Below, piece by piece: positions 1 to 11,300 of a stretch of 64,000 nt of DNA. The notes below the pieces were generated by a model. That model was not told where the DNA came from. It worked only from the letters and a program-made list of their open reading frames with translations, and did no database searches. Position numbers and translations under genes: made by a program. Position 1 is the first letter of the stretch; every line of letters begins with the position of its first letter. Source of the stretch: Anolis carolinensis (lineage: Eukaryota); assembly GCF_035594765.1 (NCBI RefSeq), contig NW_026943824.1, forward strand, positions 15,273,839 to 15,337,838, in the 5' to 3' direction.

Positions 1-804
1 CCTTTCCACGTGGGCGGGTGGCTGGCCCCAAAGGATCCCCAGCAGATCAGCAGCCGCAGACCTTTGTTCTCCGCTTTGGGACTGGACCTGCTGGAGGCAG
101 AAAGGGCTGAGTGAGTGGCTCCTTCTGGTCAAGGAGCTTGTCTTTGACCAGAGCTGGCAGGCACTTTCTGTGGTCTTCCACTCGAGGAGAGGGCCTCGGC
201 CACCATGAAGGCTTTGGGGTGGGAAAGGCTCTGCAGACCACTCCCCTCCTTGCTTTGAGACGCTGTGTCATCTCCCATAGCGCAATAATTTATTATTTAC
301 TTTATTTACTATATTTCTAGCCTGCTTTTTCACCCCAAAGGGGACTCAGAGCGGCTTACAGTTTGGCCACTTCAGTGTGCCACATTGCAAATACAGTGTA
401 TAAATATAATACAATACAAATCAAAACACATTTAACATAAAACGCAACACAAAAATCACACAAAGCATAATAACATCCAGAAATAAGATATAAACATTAA
501 ATATTAAAAACATTTTAAACCAGTTACAATTACAGTAGATTCTCACTTATCCAATACTCGCTTATCCAAGGTTCTGGATTATCCAGGGCATTTTTGTAGT
601 CAATGTTTTTCAATATATCATGATATTTTGGTGCTAAATGATATAATAATAGACTAAGTAAAGTGCACATTATAAAAGTTGTAAACTCAAGATAACAGAA
701 TAAAGTGCTGCAAATTTGTTGGAGATCAATTTGGGATTGACGAGGCCCTGAGTTCATGTCAAATTAGCCAGGAAAAGTGCAACCGATGCAGAAATGGTCA
801 AGGA

Positions 805-1060
805 TCATAGAATCATAGAATAGTAGAGTTGGAAGAGACCTCATGGGCCATCCAGTCCAACCCCCTGCCAAGAAGCAGGAAATCGCATTCAAAGCACCCC
901 CGACAGATGGCCATCCAGCCTCTGCTTAAAAGCCTCCAAGGAAGGAGCGTCCACCACGGCCCCGGGGAGAGAGTTCCACTGTCGAACAGCCCTTCTCACA
1001 GTGAGGAAGTTCTTCCTGATGTTCAGGTGGAATCTCCTTTCCTGTAGTTTGAAGCCATTG
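805..1060 (-). mobile_element. CR1 LINE 3' fragment
   Basis: [20 protein letters not shown]...[11 protein letters not shown] and (ATTCTATG)n tail. Confidence 0.9.
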
Positions 1061-1974
1061 TACATAATTATGTACACAAGGAACATAATTGTTATGGGGA
1101 TGGGCAGTCTTTAACCAAAGGCCTGTGTGAAGAGCCAGGTTTTCAGGCTCTTCCTGAATATATACCTGTGGAATAATATCCAGGAGAGAGTAAATCAGGA
1201 CAGTAAATACAGTAGAGTCTTGCTTATCCAACATTCGCTTATCCAACACATTTTTGTCGTCAATGTTTTCAATACATCGTGATATTTTGGTGCTAAATTC
1301 GTAAATACAGTAATTACTACATAGCATTACTGTGTATTGAACTACTTTTTCTGTCAAATTTGTTGTATAACATGAAGTTTTGGTGCTTAATTTGTAAAAT
1401 CATAACCTAATTTGATGTTTAATAGGCTTTTCCTCAATCCCTCCTTATTATCCAACATATTCGCTTATCCAACATTCTGCCGGCCTGTTTATGTTGGATA
1501 AGTGAGACTCTACTGTAAAGAGTAATGCTCAGAAAATGTTCAATGTATTTAATTTTAATTGATTGAATTGTCTGTAATATTTTTATATTGTGTTTTATTG
1601 TAAGCCGCCCTGAGTCCCCTATGGGTGAGAAGGGCGGGATATAAGTATTGTAATAATAATAACAACAATAATAATAATAACTCTAACCCTTAAGCCGCCC
1701 TGAGTCCCCTAGGGGAGAAGGGCGGGGTAGAAACACCAGAAATAAATAAATATTTTTATTCTTATACCCCGCCCCATCTCCCTGAAGGGACTCGGAGCGA
1801 TTTACATGGGGACAAGCCCAAATAGAACAATAAAAACAAGACAAGAAACCAATAAAACCTATAATCAAACCATAAAAACAAGTCATAAAAACCACATACA
1901 AGATAAAATGTTAAAATCATGAATAAGGTTCAAAGAATCTAGGCCAAAGTGCTAAGAGTGCAAATAAATCAATA

Positions 1975-2262
1975 AATATTCCAGACAGAAAACAATCAGG
2001 GCCAGCTAATACCTCCCAACAAAGGATTCCCCCAGGCAGGCAGTAGCCAGACCTTGAAGTTGAAAAGCTATTGGGTGCTAATAAGAGGGCCAATCGAAAC
2101 ATTTACACTTGCCTCCAGCAGACAAAGAGTTCTTTCTCCCACCCTGGACTTTGCACAGATATATAAACCCCACTTGCCTAGTTTCTAACTGTCCTCACAA
2201 CCTCTGAGGATGCCTGCCATAGAGGTGGGCGAAACGTCAGGAGAGAATGTTTCTGGAACATG
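1975..2262 (+). mobile_element. Penelope-like element terminal fragment
   Basis: Motif CTCACAACCTCTGAGGATGCCTGCCATAGA..GGGCGAAACGTCAGGAGAGAATG, also at about 7655-7890, 16520-17040, 29915-30195, 49030-49470 and 56075-56365. Confidence 0.75.
2201..2241 (+). ncRNA. Minimal type I hammerhead ribozyme motif (Penelope-associated)
   Basis: CUGAGGA 2204-10, stem II GCCUGC/GUGGGC, GAAA 2231-34, palindromic ACGU stem III, GUC cleavage triplet 2236-38, stem I CCU/AGG. Confidence 0.65.
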
Positions 2263-2289
2263 GGGAATTCAAAGCAATTGAGTTTCCTC

Positions 2290-2800
2290 ATCTTTTGAAG
2301 CTTCTCTTCTGCGCATGCGCCCTCGCACATTCTCGGCTCGGGGCACGCCTTTGTGTCGCGTCACTTCCGGCGCGCAGCCAAGATGGCGGCGGAGAGCTCC
2401 TGCGAGCTGCCCATGGCTCCTCCGCCGCCAGCGCCCCTCGGGCCGCCTTCCTCCTCCTCCTCCTCGGCCTCCTCGTGCCGCCGCCGGTGCTCCAGCTCCA
2501 GCTCCAGCGGCTCGTCGTCGTCCTCCTCGTCGTCGTCCTCCTCGTCGCTGCTCTCCTGGGGCGGCCCTCCCTTGGCCTCGGCTCCGGCTTCTTCCGTGGC
2601 GGCGGCGCCTCAGTCCTGCCGCTTGGGGCCCGGCCCTGCCCCGGCCTTGGCCTCTTCGGCGCCCGGGAAGTGGGTCCGGCTGAACGTGGGCGGCACCTGC
2701 TTCCTGACCACCCGGCAGACGCTCTGCCGCGACCCCAAGAGCTTCCTCTTCCGCCTCTGCCAGGCCGACCCCGACCTCGACTCCGACAAGGTGGGTATAA
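2290..2800 (+). promoter_or_regulatory. KCTD5 CpG-island promoter
   Basis: CpG-rich. NRF1-like TGCGCATGCGC 2310-20, ETS/CRE-like GTCACTTCCGG 2360-70, YY1 CAAGATGGCGGC 2379-90. Confidence 0.8.
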
Positions 2801-5170
2801 AGCAGGCCTGGGCCAACCTGGGCCCTCCCTCCAGGCGTTATGGACCGCTAAGAGGCTGAGGGGGAAAAGGGTCTGAGGCTGCTGGGAGTTGAAGTCCAAA
2901 ACACCTGGAGGGAGGGCCGAAGTTTGCCCAGGTCTGGCATAGAGACACAGGGTTGATTCTGTAGAGCTGTTCTTAATAATAACAACAACAATAATAACTT
3001 TGTTTGTATTCCATCCTATCTCTTAAAGGGGACTCGGGGTGGCTCACATAGGGGACCAAGACAAAAACGTAGAATCATAGTGTAGGGCAGGGGTCTCCAA
3101 ACTAAGGCCCGGGGGCCAGATGCAGCCCTCCAAGGTCATTGACCTGGCCTTTGTCCTAAACTTTAGACTTCGGGTTGACCTAAGTCTGAAATTACTTGAA
3201 GGCACACAACAACAACAATCTTAATTTTCGACTATTTCATCATAGTCCGGCCCCCTAACAGTCTGCGGGATTGTGAATCGGCCCTCCACCTAAAAAGTTT
3301 GAGGACCCCTGGTGTAGGGGACTAGCCCAGAGAGGGAGTAAAAGAGAGAATTCCAGGAGAGCAATAAAACAAGCCTTTTATTATAATAATAATAACAATA
3401 ATAATAATAATGATAATAAGTCTTTATTTATACCCCACCACCATCTCCCCAACGGGGACTCAGGGCGGCTTACATGTGGCCATGCCCCAAACAATACAAT
3501 ATAAGCAACATATAAAAGAACAACACATCACAACACAATAAGCAATACAATAAATAATAATATCCATTACAAAATAAATCAAGGAAACAATGAAAAACAA
3601 GGGCGGACCACATGAACATTAAGTTAAAACTCGGGGTGAGAGAGACATAAGAATAAAAAACCACAGCGAACAGAGTCATAAGGAAGTGGGGTAGTCTGGA
3701 GGATAGATATTAGAGGGAGCAACGGAAAAGAAATATCAGATAGTTACTCTCCAAAAGCACAACAGAAGAGCCATGTTTTCAAGTCTTTCTTGAAGGCTGC
3801 TAATGTGGGGGCTTGCCTAATCTCATAGCTGATGATAAGGCAAAACAGCCGTAGGTACCCACATTTTGTGGGTCCATACCATCCAAATGGCCGTAGCAAA
3901 GCATGTCGTAGCAAACAAAGAATTTTATATCTCAGCCTTATCTAGAACTGACCAATGGCTGAGACTCTTTTCCACCTTTCACACCTACTTTGGCACAAGT
4001 GATATCAATGACCTAACTTGTTTACTCTGAGCTTTCTTCTCTCTCTGGAACTTCCTGAAGGAAGGCACCAGCCCACAGGAAGAGGAGGGGCACAGGTCCT
4101 GGATTGCACATTCTACTTTGATTCATACAAAGTGCTTATATTGTCTATATAAAGGCTATGTGATATATGCAGAGGCAAAGCTATATAGGCAATAATCTAC
4201 TATTTTCTGGCCCATGTTCCCTACAATAGAATCATAGAGTTGGAAGAGACCTCACGGGCCATCCAGTCCAACCCCCTGCAAGATACAAGAAAATATATCA
4301 ACTACCGTGTTTCCCTGAAAATAAGACAGTGTCTTATATTAATTTTTGCTCCCGAAGGTGTGCTAGGTCTTATTTTCAGGAGATGTCTTATTTTTCCATG
4401 AAGAATTCACATATATTGTTGAACAAAAAAATGAACATTTATTATATACTAGCTGTGCCCGGCCACGCGTAGTCTGGTGGTATGGGAAATAAAGTATTGA
4501 GGAATTGGTGGTAGTTAAGGTAAACGGTAAAGGTTTCCCCCTGACATTACGTCCATTATAAATGGGTTATATAGCTGTGTGGAAAGGCCTTGAGTCTACA
4601 CTGCCATATAATCCAGTTAAAATCAGATAATCTGTATTTTATAGGCAGTGTGGAAGAGGCCTAAGTGAGGCCTAACTCTGCCTTTCCCCTGGGCTGAGTG
4701 GGTTGCTAGGAGACCAAGTGGACGGAGCTTAGCCTTCTAACTGGCAGCAATTGGATAAAAACAATTATTCCTCTCCCTCTAATTGGGACTTTATTTTTCT
4801 TTTCTTTTTGTTGTATGGAATGCATTGCCAAAAGAGATCAGACAATCCCCTACATTATCCAATTTCCGTAAGGAACTGAAGACCTGGTGGTGTCGGCAGG
4901 TTTTTCAGTAATTAGATTGGAATACCGCCGATTTCTGGGCCTGAATATATTGCACAAGATTTCTCTAACTTAAAATGATACATTTTAATATATTGGGTTA
5001 TGGTTCCCGTCCCCTTGATCAGGTCATGTAAGTGTTATTTATTTCTATAATTGTATTTTTACTTTGCTTAATAATGTGTTATTATGTTTGTTATGTAATG
5101 TTTGTGTTGTTTTTATTATTGGAAACTGCCCTGAGTCCCATCCGGGAGATAGGGCGGTATATAAATAAAG

Positions 5171-5209
<39 letters not shown>

Positions 5210-8200
5210 ATGATATAGTACAATATAGTAATTTAATACTTATATTGTGCTGTGCTAATAATATATTGTATATACATTTGATTTGTTGTAAGCCACTCTG
5301 AGTCCCCTCCGGGGTGAGAAGAGCGGGATATAAATGTAGTGTGAACGAGGTGACCCCCCCCCCCCAGGACTTTGTAAAAGATAGTTCAAAAATCAAGACT
5401 TTATGTTCTATATTCCATATATTTATAGTAGAAGGTGATTGAGACTTTTTACTGGAGTTTACTGTGACTCTCTGCACAAAAGGTGTTTGACCTTTTAGCC
5501 TGAGGCAAGAGATAACAACTTCATGAATTGTAAAATCATGCTGCTAAAACTCCACTTTTATGAATTTCCATGCTGGGTTCTCCAGATGTTATGAACTTCG
5601 TTCTTATCAAATATTCTTCTTACATGTTGTCTGTGAAATGCGCACATATGGTTTACCCAATGCGCCTGCGCAGATTTCGGAACCTTCTAGAAGCTTTAGA
5701 TGAAACTTTTTTGGCGGAGGCCCCGCCCAATCTCCCCATAGTATAAATATGCTTATAGGCGGGGCAAGAGATAACAACTTCATGAATTGTAAAATCATGC
5801 TGCTAAAACTCCACTTTTATGAATTTCCATGCTGGGTTCTCCAGATGTTATGAACTTCGTTCTTATCAAATATTTTCAATTGTTTATATCATTCATGATT
5901 CCCCTTTATGAAATGTAACTCACTTTTATGAATTCTCCCTTATTTCCATGAAATCTATCTATCTGCCTATATGTATTTGTACTCTTTGGAATCCCCGGAA
6001 AATATGTATTTTTCCCAGCATGGTTTATATTCCAACTTTATTTTATTTTTCATTTTATTTCATATAATTGTCAAATCATGAAATCAAATAGGAAATATTT
6101 TGAACTCAACCTGAACCCCAGAACTTATCCCATTTCCTATGACCCAGGCTTCCTTTCCCAAAAACAAAAGGATAATCTGCCACCGCTAAATCCAATCAAA
6201 TTCAAATTGCATGGACAATATAGGGCTTGAGTCGCCGAATTCGGAGTGTTGACCTAAAGGTGATTCGCCCCAAGGCAAACATTGTCATATCTCACCCAAA
6301 GGAAAATCCAGGACACCTCAGGAAGGCGCCCTGCAGAGCCTGTCAATATGGCTCATCACCACCCATCTTTACTTCCACCTCTGACACCCCAAGGCATATC
6401 TAAAATCTGTATACGTGACAGAAACCCGGACACCCTTGATTGCTGCCATTAATCACCCTTTAGAAATCGGTCTAGCAGGACTTAATCCGATAGTTCCTGC
6501 CCTGTCACCTCATTGTTTCAACAACTCCCGCCTTCTCTTTCCTGATTGGCCCGAGTAGAGACAAAAGGCAGCTTCCTATTGGGCCAACGGAGCAAGGCGG
6601 GAAACGAAAGCCCGCCTCGTTCAACCTTCTAGCCTATCAATGATCAGATGGGCGGGGGAGCAGGGCGGGAAATTCAAAGGGCTGTCAGAATGAAATTTTG
6701 TATAAATATGGCTTTATTTTGATTGTATGGTACCCTAGTAGACCGAATGATCACTACTAGAGTCCTCTTCAGCTGAATTGCTCAATAAAGACTCCTTGGC
6801 GGATTTTCCTTCAACTTTGGCGGACCTTCTTCATTTCGGCTTCAGGTTGTATTGCGGCTCGTAATTCTCCTTTTGGCTTTGCCAAGGTCCGTTCTCTCAG
6901 GACCGGATCGGGTCTCTCCTTAAGGGCCCGATCCCCTAAAACGCGGTCGACAACAGCAGCAAATAAATAAATAAATAATTAACATAAAAGCACATACAAC
7001 CATTTATAAAAACCACCCAAATTATCATTGTGCAAAGAGCAAACCTTTTAATCTCTTTTATGCTTCAGAGGACGGGCTCAGGTGCAGATCCTGTCTTGCC
7101 TCCCTTCCCCTGATTCACCCCAGGGATCATATCGATCACATTAGGGAGCACGTCTGGACTTGCCCAGGTTGTTGTCTTCAAGAATGTCCTGTTTCCCTTG
7201 TGCTTTGGGGTTTCACAATGTTTGGAGAGCAACACCTCTCACAAAGCCAGTGCTATCTCCTGAGCAGCCAGAGGGTTTCTGCTGGCAAGGAAGGCAGGCA
7301 GACAGTAGGCTCCCAGTTATGGCCCATATGGACCACCCCGGAGCATAGTTCCCCACTTGTTCTGGGAACCATAAGGGATTGTGGTTTGGATTGTTCCCAT
7401 TGACAAAAGAAAAAAAGCAAGAAAATCTGGTTGGTTCAAGGAAACTTTTAAATGTCTGAACTTGGAATTCATTTCTCAGATAAAACTGTATGCTGCCCTT
7501 TTTTTGGTATGAAGGTCTATCATCATCGTTGTTATTATTTTAAAATAATGTCTCTTCCCCCCCCCCCCCCTTTTCTGCAAATAGGGACTCAAGGTGACTA
7601 ACAACATTGGCACTTTTCATAGCAGCAGCAATAGCAATAGTATCATTATTTCTGTGTTGTTGTATGTTTTCCGGGCTGTATGGCCATGTTCCAGAAGTAA
7701 TCTCTTCTGACGTTTCGCCCACATCTATGGCAGGCATCCTCAGAGGTTGTGAGTTATGTGATTGTGTACCTCACAACCTCTGAGGATGCCTGCCATAGAT
7801 GTGGGCGAAACGTCTGTAACATGGCCGTACAGCCCGGAAAACATACAACAACACTGTGATCCTGGCCATGAAAGCCTTTGACAACACATTATTTCTATTC
7901 CACCTTTCCCCCCATATGGACTCAAGTCAGCTAATATTATTTTTATTATTACAGTAGAGTCTCACTTATCCAACACTCACTTCTCCAACGTTCTGGATTA
8001 TCCAATGCTTTTTTGTTGTCGATGTTTTCAATATATCATGATATTTTGGTGCTAAATTCGTAAATACAGTAATTACTACATAGCATTACTGCGTATTGAA
8101 CTACTTCTTCTGACAGATTTGTTGTATAACATGATGTTTTGGTGCTTAATTTGTAAAATCATAACCTAATTTGATGTTTAATAGGCTTTTCCTTAATCCC

Positions 8201-8276
8201 TGCTTATTATCCAACATATTCACTTATCCAACGTTCTACCGGCCCGTTTATGTTGGATAAGTGAGACTCTACTGTA

Positions 8277-8331
<55 letters not shown>

Positions 8332-11300
8332 TGATACACAACAAGATTAGTATACTGCAAACAAGATCACTATGTTGGCTGTTGTATTGTATCACACATC
8401 GGACACTTCCCAAGTGTCTAAGACTATAGGACTATGTGATGTATCAGCTATTATTATTATTATTATTGTTTTATTTCCATCCCCCTTTCTGCAAATAGAG
8501 ACTCAGGGCAGCTAACAACATTATTATCACCATTACTATTGTTACCAATGTTATTTCTATCCCATCTTTCTCCCTATAGGGACTCAAGGCACAATATCAT
8601 CATTAATGCACAATATCATCATTAATAATAATAATAATTGCATTTCTTTTCCTCTTTTTCTCCAACTAGGGACTCAAGACAGGTAACAAACATACCTAGT
8701 AAAAATTAAAACATGACTCTGGTAGGTTGCCCTTAAAGAGCTAGATTCCATACATTAATAGGAAAAACAGTAATTTCAGCATTTTTTTAAAAAAAATGTC
8801 ATAATCATAATCTTGGGAATATTTTTAAAAGGCGTGCTAAGACATCAACTAAATAAATATCTCTTTTGTAAATTAGGATGAAACAGGTGCCTACTTAATA
8901 GACAGGGACCCGACTTACTTTGGGCCAGTCTTGAACTATCTCCGACACGGGAAGCTGGTTATCAATAAAGACCTTGCAGAGGAAGGTAGGTGTTATAACT
9001 GCGGAGGGAAATGGTTTGTGGGGAGGCTTTTGTGGTGTTTACTGATGGAGTCCTCTTTTCAGGAGTAACGCAAGCAAGGCCTTCCGGTTTGGCAGCTTCT
9101 GGTTGCCTTTGCATACTAATTGCCTGGACTGGAGCCTTTAGTGGTGCTTTAGAAACAGGGCCTGGAGTGCAAATGGCTGGAAGGTTGCAACGCTTGGGGC
9201 CTTAGCAGCCCTTGACAGCGGCTAGTTAACTTCTTCCAATCCCTTGGGTTCCTATCACGCTGCTATTGCTTTCACCTCAGGGCTTCGGCCCCATTGAGTT
9301 CCAGGCAGAAAAGGCCCCAGAGCTAATAGAGATCAGAGCTAATGGAAATATTTTTGTATCAGGTGTGCTTGAAGAAGCCGAATTCTACAACATCACGTCG
9401 TTAATCAAATTGGTGAAGGATAAAATAAGGGAAAGAGACAGCAAAACCTCACAGGTGAGACCCTCTTAATCATTCCATTTCCTTTTGGACCTGGCATTTT
9501 GCTCTCTTTCTTCCTGCTCCTTCCTTCCCTCCCTCCTTCCTTCCTTCTCTCCACATCATGTGTGTTTCTCCCTCAGGTGCCCATCAAGCATGTTTACCGG
9601 GTGCTCCAGTGCCAGGAGGAAGAGTTGACCCAGATGGTCTCCACCATGTCCGATGGCTGGAAGTTTGAACAGGTAAGGAACAGTGAGTCGACTGCTGGGG
9701 GCAAAGGACAAAGAGGGCAGGGCAGGCTATTAGGGACACAGGGCCGTGATCCTGCAGCTTTTGTCCTTGCCATTCTAGGGCTCTTTGGTGCTCAGTCAAC
9801 CTCACATAAAACTCCAAAAGAAAGACCAGTGTTTTTCTTTCTGTGTTTGGGGATGAAGAAGGGCTGCCCTGGGGCTTTGTTCCAGGTTCTTGAACCCAGG
9901 TCTTCCAGGACTCCATTATAATGGGCATCTGGTGGGTGCAGAACCCTTGGTGCAGCTGCCGCATCCTCTGTCCCGCTGCCTCTTGTTGCGTCGAAGGCCA
10001 GAACCTTTGCCACCCAGCCCCAACTGACCGATAGATTGTACTCAGTACTTTATCCCTGTCCCTGGCCCGATACTTCTGTTTTTGCACAAGGCCAGACCCA
10101 GCCCTTTTTAAGTTTGATCATGCCCACCATATTTCTGGTTAGTGGTTGTTTGAGAGTTGCTTGTAATACATTTTAATGATGTTTTTACACCTTGTCTAAT
10201 TGCATTTTATATGTTTTTAATGTTTTTAACTGTGTTTCAATTTGGTAAACTCTGTTGTTCTGGGTTTAATTCTGCATGTAAGCCGCCCCAAGTCTCTTCA
10301 GGGAGATGATGGCAGGGAATAAAAATATCATCATTATTGTTATTATTGTTGTTATTATTATTATTTGCCCTGAGCCTTTCTTCCTCTCTTCCAGCTGGTC
10401 AGCATTGGATCCTCCTATAACTATGGGAATGAAGACCAGGCTGAGTTCTTGTGTGTCGTCTCCAAGGAGCTGCATAACACTCCCTATGGCATGGCCAGCG
10501 AACCCAGCGAGAAGGCAAAGGTGAGCCAAGGGACAAGGGGTAACCCCTATCTCTGAACAGCCCCAGGGGCCTATGAGCTGCTGCTGCTACTGCTGTTGCT
10601 TGTAAGCACATGAAGCTGGTGCTTACGTTGGTTGCTGCCTTGGGGTCTGCTGATTTTCCAAATTAACAAGCTGTGTATTAGATAAGGCAGAAGCCAGCTT
10701 GTTGCTCTGTCACTCACTACCTTTGCTTTTTGATGATCCCTCTCTTTGCAAAGAGGCAACAGGCTGCTCATTTGTGAAGGAAGCACCTGAGACTTAGTGA
10801 TGCTCTGGGGGCTTCATATGTTAAAAAGAAAAATTCCAGCTATACAAAAGGCTCAGAAAAGGACAAGGGGATGTTGTGGTGTAGTCTTCATGTCTGAAGC
10901 TGCATCTGTGCATGTTCTTCTCAATTCTAAAAAAAACTAATACTGCTTATGAAGATGAGTTCCTGTTTTCTTTCACCATGGCATAAAGCAGCTAGGTCTC
11001 TCGCTTGTGGCTGTGAGTGAACTTTGGCTAAAGAAAGAAGACCGTGTGAGGAGGTGGAGCAAAAGCAGGGAAAGGCTAGGAAGTTACTCTGCAGGGCCTC
11101 TCCAGTCAGGCCCTGTTGCCAGCTTTGCTCCTGCGCTGCTCTGTCTGGGGCTGCTCCAGAACTAGCTCCTGTGGCGCCCCTTCCATTACCATTAGCCTTT
11201 GTGCAAAGGAGGCACTTGTTCCATCGGTCCTTCCTTCCTTCCTTTGGTCTGCAGGGCTCTTCTCTCGTCCGGTGACCCTCCCTCTCCTTTCTCTGCCCAC

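Noticed and set aside
47-271. ORF ending in CGC* resembling a Rab CXC prenylation motif
   Set aside because: No GTPase motifs or other homology; the motif is short enough to arise by chance.
2247-2899. Overlapping long ORFs at CpG islands (also 17781-18795 and 14044-14807)
   Set aside because: Expected from stop-poor GC-rich sequence; no recognisable domains.
10730-10795. Possible C/D snoRNA (TGATGA...CTGA) in KCTD5 intron 5
   Set aside because: Imperfect C box, no terminal stem and no recognisable rRNA antisense element.
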